A stretch of DNA of 62,948 nt, counting the filler, from Chrysochromulina tobinii (Eukaryota), in the NCBI GenBank assembly GCA_001275005.1. It is 5 parts of 5 records of this genome, joined end to end, with 100 filler letters (N's around TTAATTAATTAA, not from the genome) between each part and the next. Parts side by side here need not be neighbours in the genome. Positions count along the whole stretch, not along the records: positions 37,908 to 62,948 come from JWZX01000856.1; 4 more parts are not named here. One strand, 5' to 3'. The first letter of the stretch is position 1. Each line of letters opens with the position of its first letter. The position numbers were made by a program, and so were the translations under genes. Positions 46,901-55,670 of the stretch are shown in pieces. The notes beneath the pieces are model-generated. The model worked only from the letters and a program-made list of their open reading frames with translations, made no database searches and had not been told where the DNA came from.

Positions 46901-48446
46901 CGCCCAAATATTTGGGTTCGAGCTCCTTCGCCTCGAGCTGCTCGAAGCGCTGGTTGAGCTGCTCACCCAAAGGGGTGCCCGCCAGTCGGATCGCCAGCTG
47001 CGTCGAGAGTGGAATCTCCGCCTCCCGGTTGAAGCAATGCATGCGCAACGCGCCGCGCGCGTCGGCGTACTCGGCGAGCCCCTCGATCAGGAGCTTCTCG
47101 AGAGCCTCGAGCTTCGCCTGGGCGCCGCGCAGCTCGCTCGCGATGGCGGGGAACTGGTCTTGTATGGCCTCCGCTTCAGCGGGCTCCGGCTCGGCAGCGA
47201 GCTGCCAGTGCAGCAGCTGCACCCATCGAACCTTGGCACGCTCCTCGTACCGGAGCGCATTGAGCACGTGTTTTGCATGCTGCTGCAGCAGCGAGGGATC
47301 GGTGCTGCCGGTCACGTGCTGGTAGCCAGAGAGGAGTTCGCCCATCAGGGTGCGCTTCGTCTCGCAGAGGAGCCCGAGAAAGTCGCGCATCTTCATCCGC
47401 GTCGGCGAACGGCAAGGCGCACGCGGCCGGTGCGGGCACCAGGAGCCGGGTAGTCCGGGCACGCCCTGGCGCGCGCGCGCCTCCGGCGACGGGTAGGACT
47501 TGACGGTGCCGTCCTCGGCGAGCCCGATGCTCTTCCAAAGAGAGAAGAGGCGCTCGGCGATGGCCAGCCCCCACGCCTGCTGCAGCGGCGCGCCCACCTC
47601 CGCACACTTGCTCCAGCGAACTCCCTCCCATACGTCGCACGCGCCGATCGGCTTCTCGACGATCGCGCCGCCGCCGGCGGCGCCCAGCTCGAGCACGACC
47701 GATCGAAACTGATCGCGCATGTTGCTCGCGAACTCGAGCGAGCGCACGCCGAAGTCGCGCGCATGCACGCCCGTGCACCCCTCTGAAGAGTTGCGTGTGC
47801 CGCCGCGGAGCGCCTTGAGCATCGGCGGCGCGGGCGGCAGCGCGATCGGCACCGCGTCCGGGCTACCGGGCGGATTGCGCTTCCTTCGCGCCTTGAGGAT
47901 GTCGGCGACGAGCGAGCCGATCTCGGGCCTCGGCCCGTCCGGTAGAGCCTGCATCAGCTGGTTGCGGAACGCCTTGTCGAACAGCCGCTCCTCGAGCGGA
48001 CCGTCGGCCCAGACGATCCCGCGCAGTCGGAAGTAGAGCCGCGTCGACACCCGTCCATCATCATAGCGGTAGAGGACCATCGCCGGAGGCGCTGTGGAAT
48101 TCCACGCCATCGGCTTCGCCGTGGCCAACGTCTGCTTCAGCTTGCGCGCCACGGCGCCAACCGCCATCGCCCTCTCCGACAGCTGCTTTCGCGTCTGCTG
48201 GCGACAGAGCTGCAGGCGTGCCCAGAGCAGTAGCGCGGACGCAAGCTCGGCGGGACTCATGATATCGTCGTCGTCCTCCAGGATCTGCTCCGCACCCGCG
48301 CCAAGCAGCTCGGCCAGCGACTTTCCGGTGTGCTTGATGCCCTCGCACATCTGGACGAGGTCCTCAGAGCAGGTGGGTAGCACTGCGTCGAGCGCGGCCC
48401 GGATAGCTTCGTTGCGCGCAATCTGCTCAGGAGTGCGCTCCGCCAT
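43938..48446 (-). CDS. Large intronless hypothetical protein (1502 aa)
   Basis: 4.5-kb ATG-initiated uninterrupted ORF with protein-like composition; no family recognised. Confidence 0.8.
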   Translation of the reverse strand: MAERTPEQIARNEAIRAALDAVLPTCSEDLVQMCEGIKHTGKSLAELLGAGAEQILEDDDDIMSPAELASALLLWARLQLCRQQTRKQLSERAMAVGAVARKLKQTLATAKPMAWNSTAPPAMVLYRYDDGRVSTRLYFRLRGIVWADGPLEERLFDKAFRNQLMQALPDGPRPEIGSLVADILKARRKRNPPGSPDAVPIALPPAPPMLKALRGGTRNSSEGCTGVHARDFGVRSLEFASNMRDQFRSVVLELGAAGGGAIVEKPIGACDVWEGVRWSKCAEVGAPLQQAWGLAIAERLFSLWKSIGLAEDGTVKSYPSPEARARQGVPGLPGSWCPHRPRAPCRSPTRMKMRDFLGLLCETKRTLMGELLSGYQHVTGSTDPSLLQQHAKHVLNALRYEERAKVRWVQLLHWQLAAEPEPAEAEAIQDQFPAIASELRGAQAKLEALEKLLIEGLAEYADARGALRMHCFNREAEIPLSTQLAIRLAGTPLGEQLNQRFEQLEAKELEPKYLGAGHIFTEGAEALAAAEAQYKQWLAYPCGDAGDAAVEEAAPEEYLIPASDASDELAVDNVELASFIGCLPAMVRNATGVSSGAVVGDHAAYDLFLSEKLKRLMEDPTTLQMLTIGSAARYAWAAWRKAGSPSGPKGKEPVLGVSPPPSNTPKPKPPQLSFDKLCELAKLLGPIDGRVRGAIPKGASPLEGLAAVKEEIAALEVDATVLKNPNDIDIDQIRDCLNALLDLVGAATYEMRTKKVGVWADPPVSSTSDVVGALPEPPPDAPAEDVAALVPAIDAAAADPLFSPRMAGMTAEQLAEEKMVKSRNSRSVKKLRDYISEALLQAFDMFTASKLDAASILSVAAEAVGDVSVEQADLIRSIYKVMYKSNECGCTFDMVLLQQKVPNAAPRRFLSKLVKRKPCIKVSADEARAWCGDLDGEGEAAAAKAWAKAVQKAIDASNAAQASLLHWITYLTVEDLQAIQGELSNPPPGGSAILLNDMVTSGIGGVAKNSLQQKLDTALVPDMDEPMRLPKTYRLLAGREAQGGASEAAYGLPLRYAEGEEDKKTKDPNALQKIVMMSARAWDDSESVPRWTVFRSWDYTTMLRTQSGMPAVAAAGLGLLDAGQRLRPDGSQMNVLRLHRIWTMQNSAADKASLLTMERMLDEFVTLTVRSAFFETVAGIVDQFELKGRSEVFQQLIGVKGFGELKARGPNGTKAIEGLQYVQPAMLTDDGQTRVVFGAGTRETCGSLSEHFRMGEQITWSPWGTILSILRVEKPLDTHFEFLAFFNVNNYAAVKKMLASTVVYYELFNQSAPEGKQSKRFVARKYVGSAAVFGRLEAEMGRQSGNISTVSAPLAGEALSDLRARKRRMSDPSVGDAELPQLLLNGEKGVPGEQIDLAREAHELCLSFGNGPEGGAAPEGAPRLSTVHYGGRWLPLGEGSNRKGELVLCVRETIGWKYNSIASCSVGFLCREIFCDKSMKEPQPRAPGFMAAWKLHIERGGK

Positions 48447-48693
48447 TTGAGCGTGCTGGGCGCGTCAGGTTCGCGCGGACGGTTCGCATCAATGTGCCAC
48501 CATCTGTTCGAAGCGCCGTTTAAAGCGCTTCGTTTGGACGAATCGTCAATGCGATCAAGCGATGCGTGCGCTCCGAAAAGGGGGAACACTCAAAGTGATA
48601 TTCACAGTGTTCGTGCGAAATTCACAGCGAAAACGCTGACGTCGCGCAGGAGACGTGACTGCCCAGAGCCCTGGACAGCCGCCACACGGAGCC

Positions 48694-49442
48694 ATGTCCC
48701 TCGTCATGAACGAGTCGAATTTCCAGCACATTCTTCGTGTGCTCAACACCAACCTTGACGGCAGGGTGAAGGTGATGTTCGCGCTCACCTCCATCAAGGG
48801 TGTCGGCCGCCGCTTTTCCAACATTGCGTGCAAGAAGGCTGAGGTCGACCTCAACAAGCGGTGCGCAGACAGACCCCTGCGCCTGGCCGGGCGGCGCGAG
48901 TCGCGCCGGGATCGGGACGCCTGCCTGAGCCGTCTGAAGAGCCCAGACGGCTGCCGCACGCCCCCGCGGCGCGCTCGAGGGTTGCAGGCGGCCGCGCCGC
49001 AGACGGTCACATCTTGCTGAAAATGTGTTGCCCGTGCCCGTGCGTGGTCTGGTTTGCGCAGGGCGGGCGAGCTGACGGCTGAGGAGGTGGAGCGGCTGGT
49101 GACCATTGTGCAGAACCCGCGGCAGTTCAAGGTGCCCGACTGGATGCTCAACCGCAAGAAGGACAACAAGGACGGCAAGTACTCGCAGGCGGTGTCCAAC
49201 ATCCTCGACATGAAGTACCGTGAGGACCTCGAGCGGATGAAGAAGATCCGCGCGCACCGAGGCCTGCGGCACTACTGTGCGTGCCACGCCCGCCCACCCC
49301 TGCTGCTGCCGCGCCGCATGCCCGCTGCTGACCGGAGGCGCCGCGTTCGTCGATCGCAGGGGGTCTGCGCGTGCGTGGCCAGCGCACAAAGACCACGGGC
49401 CGCAAGGGCCGCACCGTCGGTGTCGCCAAGAAAAAGGGCTAG
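48694..49442 (+). CDS. RPS18: 40S ribosomal protein S18 (uS13); introns 48861-49061 and 49277-49359
   Basis: [74 protein letters not shown]. Confidence 0.97.
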
Positions 49443-49674
49443 ACGAGCGCCACCACTACTTACGACGAGGGCGCGGCGAGGGCGTGTCGCGCCGCGCGGG
49501 AGAGCGTTGTCGAGTTCACACACACGCTTCTACTGCTATGCGCTCCTTTCAGCCCAGCGCCATCTCGCATGCTGCGTGTTATGCCTCTGAGCGAGGCATT
49601 CCTAGTCTTGTCGTGTGTGACCTCGTTGGGTTTGCATTATCCTATTCCGAATCACGATTTTCACGTGTTTCCCC

Positions 49675-49831
49675 TTGACCCAAGGGGGAGTGGTCTACTA
49701 AAAATTTTCATGTTTATAAGGCCCCACCCCTACCGCCTGTCTGGGAATTGAATGGTTGACCCAAGGGGGAGTGGTCTACTATTTTTCATGTTTATAAGGC
49801 CCCACCCCTACACCTGTTTGGGAATTGAATG
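49675..49831. repeat. Two ~78-bp direct repeats between convergent genes
   Basis: TTGACCCAAGGGGGAGTGGTCTACTA...TTATAAGGCCCCACCCCTAC...GGGAATTGAATG at 49675-49754 and 49756-49831. Confidence 0.92.
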
Positions 49832-49929
49832 CCCGGCCTATTTTCCGGGGTGTTTCAGGGAACTGATCCGGAGTTGTTTCGAAGACGGTGGAAAGACGCG
49901 TAACCGGGCGGGGCACCGGCGCACCACGT

Positions 49930-50721
49930 TCACGACCTGCCTGTCGTCTTCAGCTCGCGTAGATGGTCTCGCACGTCGAGCGCGCGCACGATGCAGCTTC
50001 CATCGAGGCCGAGGTCGAGCACGTTGATACACGTATTCCCTTGCTTCAAATCGGAGGCGGTCGTGATGTCGCCCTGCAGCGCGGCGATCAAGATCTTGTT
50101 GAAGCGACCGTGAGCGACCACGCACACGTGGCGCTCGCCTCCCGATGGGCCTTCTCCGAGAAGGCCCAGTGCTCGGAGCCCGGCGAGGCCGCGCCGTGCG
50201 ACAGCATTCGGGCTTTCGCCACGCTCACCCGGGAAGGCTTTGTCAGTGCCGCCGCGCCACGCGCGCAAGTACTGCTTGTAGTCATCGTCAAACTCGCTGA
50301 GCAGCATGCCCTCGTAGTCGCCAAAGCACATCTCAACGAACGCCTTCTCCTTGGAACGTTTCGCGCTCGGGTGGTGTCGTGCCACGACATCAGCGGTCGT
50401 GGAGGCTCTCGTGAGGCTCGACGAGGCAATGTGCTCCAAGGGAACGTCTGCGAGGGCGTCTGACAGCGCTACCGCCTGCTTGAGCCCAGCCTCATTCAAG
50501 GCTTTGTCTGTGAGGCCCTGGATGCGCCCTTCGAGGTTCCAGTCCGTCTCACCGTGCCTGATCAGGTAGAGCCTCTTGAAGTCCGGCTCCAGTGGTGGCA
50601 GCGACAACCGAAACTTGGCGGAGCTATCGGCGCTCGAATCCGCGGCGCGCGATAAGGCCGTCGTGACTAAGCATCCGAGCAGGCCGCGGCGTGTGGGCTT
50701 CAAGGGTCTCGCCAACGCCAT
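49930..50721 (-). CDS. Histidine phosphatase / phosphoglycerate mutase family protein
   Basis: LIRHGETDWN, SSSLTRA, EMCFGDYEG, GES, VVAHG. Confidence 0.93.
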   Translation of the reverse strand: MALARPLKPTRRGLLGCLVTTALSRAADSSADSSAKFRLSLPPLEPDFKRLYLIRHGETDWNLEGRIQGLTDKALNEAGLKQAVALSDALADVPLEHIASSSLTRASTTADVVARHHPSAKRSKEKAFVEMCFGDYEGMLLSEFDDDYKQYLRAWRGGTDKAFPGERGESPNAVARRGLAGLRALGLLGEGPSGGERHVCVVAHGRFNKILIAALQGDITTASDLKQGNTCINVLDLGLDGSCIVRALDVRDHLRELKTTGRS

Positions 50722-50903
50722 TTCGGGATTTCGGCAAAGTAGCGCTGCCGTGGGCGTTTATTCTTAAAGGAGTTAGTCGGTGCGTGCCGTCTATAGCGCA
50801 CGTGCGAGACGGCAGATTCGCGTTTGCATTGCGCGGCTAAAGCCGGTCGCGGACGCCTCTGGCTCTTCTATAGGCCGCAGCTCCTCAAGTGCTCAACGGC
50901 GCC

Positions 50904-51939
50904 TCACTCGGCCATCGGTTGCGTGAATTGCGGTGGAGTCCACGGCCGGCGCGGTCTCCAGTGCTCGTCAAGGCGCTCGCGCGTGGCGCTCACTTCCCTA
51001 GGCTGCAAGCGCGCACAGCGCTCGAAGAGCACGTATAGAGAGCCGGTGGCGAGCTCGGCGTGGCGCTGCAGCTCGTCCGAGGGCGTCGGCAACAGACCTT
51101 GCAGCGGCATCTTGAGCAGCTCCGCAGCCTGAGCACACGGCGAGGCGCATTCACAGTACATTCACAGGTGAGTGCATGGCCGCAGGCTGCGAGGGCGCGC
51201 GAACGGCTCTACAACAATGGCGGCGGTGGGTGCTCACCGTCTGGAGGCACGCGAGAGCGAGGGCGAGCGGAGGGCACCAGAGCACGACGTCTGTCTTGTA
51301 ACAGTCGGTGAGCAGCGCGTGTGCCGCGTGCACGAGGCTTTCGCGCTCGTCGGCGCTCATTGGCTCGTTGGCCGCACCCTCGGCGGCCGCCGTGATGGCG
51401 TGCTTGCACAGGCGAGCGAGGGGCACGTGCGGATGCGGCACGAGCAATGCGAAGCCCAGAGCTTCGAGCAGCATCGGCTCGGCGGCGATGAGCTGTGCGG
51501 TCTCATAAGGTTGCTGCTGCTCAAGCTCTGAAAGCTCCCGAAGGATCGTCTTCGCTGCAACGGGGCACTCCTCGACCTTGCTGGCGGCCCACAGCGCCGT
51601 GGGTGCGATCAGAAGCGGGTCAGCATCAAGCAGCGAACGCTCCGAGTAGAACCGGCGGAAGAAGACGATGGCCGTGGCGACTGCCGGCTGCCTGAGTTTC
51701 ACTCTTCTGCCGAGCGCCTCTGTGAGCTGTGAATAATAGAGCTTGGCCAGCTCGTTGTCACCCGAGCTCCATCCGGCACTGGCGTCACGTGCAATTATCT
51801 CATCTAGCACCGAGCGCTCGAGCTGCCGAGCACCGAGCTGCCGCTCCGCGACGATCGCACGTAGCGGGACGGCCATTTCCGCGCGAACGCTTTCAAGGCC
51901 GCAAGGAATGATCAACGTTGTTGACGAACCTATCGGCAT
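50904..51939 (-). CDS. Cyclin C-like protein; intron 51129-51237
   Basis: LGRRVKLRQPAVATAIVFFRRFY...DPLLIAPTALWAASKVEECP, LLVPHPH, DCYKTDVVL; start uncertain. Confidence 0.85.
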
Positions 51940-52033
51940 TTATTCCCGCATGATCGAGGCATCCAGACGAAATTTCACACTATGGTTGTCGCTTCTGACG
52001 TGTTAACACAGGTTAACGTTCACAAACGGTCGG

Positions 52034-52855
52034 ATGCCGCCTTACTCGGGCTTCAAGCCGCTGGTGGGCGGCGGCGCGCAGCACACGGCGCCGCCGGCGC
52101 GTGCGACGGCGTCCACTCGCTCGGGACTGAGCGCCACGGCGACCGTGGCTGACCAACTGCCGGAGAAGAGCAACACGCCAGCGCTGCGGAGCACTTTTGT
52201 GGACAAGGAGGAAGCTGCGATGCTGCGCGCGATGGCGCGGCTCAATGGCGAAGACCCCGGCAAGAGCGTTGGCAACAAGTACTCGAAAACGAATCAGGTC
52301 AAGCTCAAGGCGCGCGCCGAAGAGGCCGCAGCGATGGGCCTTGTGCCGCTCGACCCGCTGGAGCAGCACGAGCTCGCCAAGAAAACGGCGGCCGGCTACA
52401 CGACGATTTCGGAGCGCGCCGTGCGCGTGCCCAAGGTGGGTCAGCGCGTGTACGGCGAGCGGCCAGCCCCTGTCGAGTGCCTGCCGCACCGGCGCTCCGA
52501 GGAGGAGATACGGTACGCGCACAACAACTTCGAGCGGCCGATGGCGCCACCAGGCCGGCCGACACAGTCCTCCGATGCGCGCAAGGATGAGCTCGCGCTC
52601 CGCAACCAGTTCAACGGCAAGACGCCCCAGGAGATCCTTGCCGAGAAGCGCAGCAGTCAGCCGCCACCCGAGGCGCCGCCGCCGCCCAGGTCGCTCAAGC
52701 AGCAGATCGAGGACGAGATCGCCGAGCGGCACGAATTCTTGGACCGGATGCGGGGCCTCGGGCGCGCCCACGAGCACGAGGCCAGGATCACCGGCGAGAT
52801 CGCGGAGCGCATGCAGGACCTTAGGGCGCTGGCACGGATAGCCGATGCGGAATGA
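52034..52855 (+). CDS. UPF0193 (EVG1/C22orf23-like) protein
   Basis: RRSEEEI...FERP and C-terminal IEDEIAERHEFLDRMRGLG...ITGEIAERMQDL match the family pattern as I recall it. Confidence 0.7.
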   Translation: MPPYSGFKPLVGGGAQHTAPPARATASTRSGLSATATVADQLPEKSNTPALRSTFVDKEEAAMLRAMARLNGEDPGKSVGNKYSKTNQVKLKARAEEAAAMGLVPLDPLEQHELAKKTAAGYTTISERAVRVPKVGQRVYGERPAPVECLPHRRSEEEIRYAHNNFERPMAPPGRPTQSSDARKDELALRNQFNGKTPQEILAEKRSSQPPPEAPPPPRSLKQQIEDEIAERHEFLDRMRGLGRAHEHEARITGEIAERMQDLRALARIADAE

Positions 52856-53003
52856 ACAGTGTTGAGTGTAGACTTGACTAGACTTGACTTGATGCCAAAG
52901 GAAGAAACCGCTCGGTACAGCGCGGCGAGCAGTTCGCAAGTAAAAGCGCAAACGCCCTGTTGGCTTTGCCGTCAAGGCCCTGTGGCTGCGCGCGCATTGA
53001 CCG

Positions 53004-53607
53004 ATGGCAGCGCACGCATTGACCGATGGCCTCGATCCAGTGGTTGCGCGCAAGCGCGAGATCTTCAGGTCCATCAAGGAGGGTTTTGCGCTCTTCGATC
53101 CCGAAAAGAAGGGCATGTGCGACGTCCGAGAGATCGGTACGATCGTGCGGCACCTGGGCATCAACCCGACGGAGATCGAGCTGCGTGACATGATCACGGA
53201 AATTGAGGAGGAGGAGCCCACCGGTTTCATTGCCTTTGAGCGCTTCGAGCGCATGATGCAGAGGATCATGCTTGAAAATCAGTACCCACGGGACTCGGAG
53301 GAGAAGCTGCTGCGCGCTTTCCGGACTCTCGACCCCGAGAACAAAGGGTACGTCGAGGCGGACAAGATCCGTACGCTGCTGACGACCCACGGCGAGCGCT
53401 TCTCGCAGGAGGAGATTGAAGACTTCTTGCACTTTGCTGTCGACGCTGAGTCTGGCGTGCTCCACTATGAGGGTACGCGCATGGCCACAACGAGCATGCC
53501 GCGGCGCCACATGCGCATTGCGGCGCCACCACACGGGGTGCTCTTCTCACCATGTCTGCTGCTCGCTGCCCATGCCCGCAGATTACGTGGTGCAGGTCGC
53601 GCCGTGA
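53004..53607 (+). CDS. DRC8: EF-hand protein, dynein regulatory complex subunit 8 / EFCAB2-like; intron 53473-53581
   Basis: FDPEKKGMCDVREIGTIVRHLGINPTE...EEEEPTGFIAFERF...LLRAFRTLD...GERFSQEEIE...VLHYE|DY. Confidence 0.82.
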
Positions 53608-53936
53608 GAAGGAGGGCTCGGCGGCCGTTTCGGAACATGCGCTCCTGAACGCATACTAGCGCCGCCACGACCCCGAGAATTGCTAACCGGCCGCGCATAC
53701 ACGCTCATAGAACAACTCTCAGTATAGATCAATATCACTGCGAAACAAAAATTTCGTATGTTGAATCTGAATCGGTAATACGCGTCAAACGATCGAGCGC
53801 GACCGGTGTGCGGTCGTAGCTCGTACCGAACTCGAGGCGGGTAGGCTAGGCCCATGCGCCCATGGTACTAAGGCCGTAAGGAATTTATTTGCATACCGCA
53901 CATTTTGGGAGCGCCACCCGTCACTCCGTCGTTCAC

Positions 53937-55451
53937 TCACACTGGAGTCCGAGGCGGATGCGACGGCACCACCGAGTGCACGATGACGTTACGACCTTCG
54001 AAGGCGAGGCTGCTGATCGCTGATCGCTGCACGCCGCTCGCGCCGCCGCCCTCAACGGCGCCGAGGCTCTCTAGGTACTCACAAAAGTGCCCATGGCTCT
54101 CGACAGCCTTGCCTCGCAGCCGCCGGTGCGGGTTACTTTTGGGGAAGACGCAACAGGGGACGACGGCGAAGCGTTTACCCTCGCGCAAGGCGGCGCGCAC
54201 GATGGGCTCCGTGGCCTGGTCGGGATGCATTCCAACGACGATGGAGACGTCGCGCCACAGCTGTGCGTGTGCACCAGTGGGGAACCTCACGTCGTCGAAC
54301 CAGCCACACACCTGGCGGGGCAGGCATGCGTCACTCACCCCCTCCTCCGCATACGCGCTTGCCCATGAGGGGGGGATGGCGACCTCATCCGCGCTGGGTA
54401 CGTCGCACCCCTCGCACGGGCCACATCCGAATGAGGCCTCGGCCGCACCCTCAGCCGCACCGTCGGCAGGGGGCTCGCCAGCGGGATCGCCCGCTATGGC
54501 GCCCGCACCCTCGCCCTCTCCTTCGGTGACCTGTGGGGAACCCGAACAGCCATTGGCCGCAGCCGCCATCACCGGCGCCGTAGCGGGCGCCGGCGCTTCT
54601 GGCAGCGTCGATGGCGGAGGCTGCGGCGACGACGGCCCCGGCGCGCCGGTGCTGCGCGTGCCGTTCGCCCCGGCGACCCACCATGATGCAGCGGGCGGCG
54701 GCGCTGCGCCGAGCACTTCCTGGGCTTTCACGCGACTGCGAAGGGCGCGCCGCTGCTTCGCATTGAGCTTCATCGGGCGCGGGTCGACGACGGTACACGG
54801 CACGCCGCGGCGGAAGGCGAGCTCGAAGGCAACGCCGCCCGCGCCGCCCGCCACGTCCAGCACACCCGCGCCCGAACGCAACGTCTCAAGCCCGAAAGAC
54901 TCCACGAGCCACGCGACAAACTGCTGGTGGCGCGACTCCGTGTTCGGCCGCGTGTGGCTGCCGCTGTGCTTGAAGCGGACGCGTTCCGTGGCCGCCGAAG
55001 CATTGCTGGCCGCCGGCTCGCGCGGGGTTTCCGGAATCGTCACCACGCCCGCGTCGCCCTCGGCCGACGATACGAGCACCTGCACGACATGCAACGATCG
55101 CTCTCCGTCCTCGGCCACCTCCGGAAAGCCGACCAGCTCGACGTGAGCTGAACCCACGCCGGCGCCATCGCTCGATGCGGAGGCGCACGCATGCAGCGTC
55201 GACACTAACAGCGCAATCTCTGGCTCGTCCAGGCAGCCCTCGCGAAACTTGGCGATGCACTCCCAGCTGGCGATGATGCTGGGGCCACGGTGCGCAGGCA
55301 CGTCCAGCTTGAAGAAGACGAGGCGCTTGGACACGGCGCGGACGGACTGAGGGCGCACGGTTCCGCAGAGCGCGTAGCGGAGGTTTGGGTGCTTCCCTGG
55401 GCTCAGCGTGTGGGTCGCGGGCGGAGCGGACAAAGTCACCTCGTCCTGCAT
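53937..55451 (-). CDS. Uncharacterised SAM-dependent methyltransferase-fold protein
   Basis: VLDVAGGAGGVAFEL, TVVDPR, VGMHPDQATEPIV, FAVVPCCVFP. Confidence 0.8.
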   Translation of the reverse strand: MQDEVTLSAPPATHTLSPGKHPNLRYALCGTVRPQSVRAVSKRLVFFKLDVPAHRGPSIIASWECIAKFREGCLDEPEIALLVSTLHACASASSDGAGVGSAHVELVGFPEVAEDGERSLHVVQVLVSSAEGDAGVVTIPETPREPAASNASAATERVRFKHSGSHTRPNTESRHQQFVAWLVESFGLETLRSGAGVLDVAGGAGGVAFELAFRRGVPCTVVDPRPMKLNAKQRRALRSRVKAQEVLGAAPPPAASWWVAGANGTRSTGAPGPSSPQPPPSTLPEAPAPATAPVMAAAANGCSGSPQVTEGEGEGAGAIAGDPAGEPPADGAAEGAAEASFGCGPCEGCDVPSADEVAIPPSWASAYAEEGVSDACLPRQVCGWFDDVRFPTGAHAQLWRDVSIVVGMHPDQATEPIVRAALREGKRFAVVPCCVFPKSNPHRRLRGKAVESHGHFCEYLESLGAVEGGGASGVQRSAISSLAFEGRNVIVHSVVPSHPPRTPV

Positions 55452-55670
55452 TCCGCAAAACAAAATACCGTACTGAGATGAAAAAGGGAAAAGTACAACA
55501 AATAATGCGTGCAGAAGCTCCACAGCGAGACGTGTGATCTCGTGCGGGGAAAAGTTGTTTTCGAAAGTTGAGCGCCGCCAAACACTTGCTGTCGAATGGC
55601 GAAGCTCAGCCTGCAGGCCCACTATTCCAGCGTCGTCCACCAGCATCACAGTCTTCGCACAGTCCACCAA

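Noticed and set aside
48861..49061. Intronic snoRNA in RPS18 intron 1 (hairpin AGCCGTCTG/CAGACGGCT)
   Set aside because: No C box (RUGAUGA) and no convincing H/ACA two-hairpin layout.
52034..53607. Adjacent cilium-associated genes (UPF0193, DRC8-like) as a functional cluster
   Set aside because: Two neighbours are not evidence of clustering in a gene-dense eukaryote.
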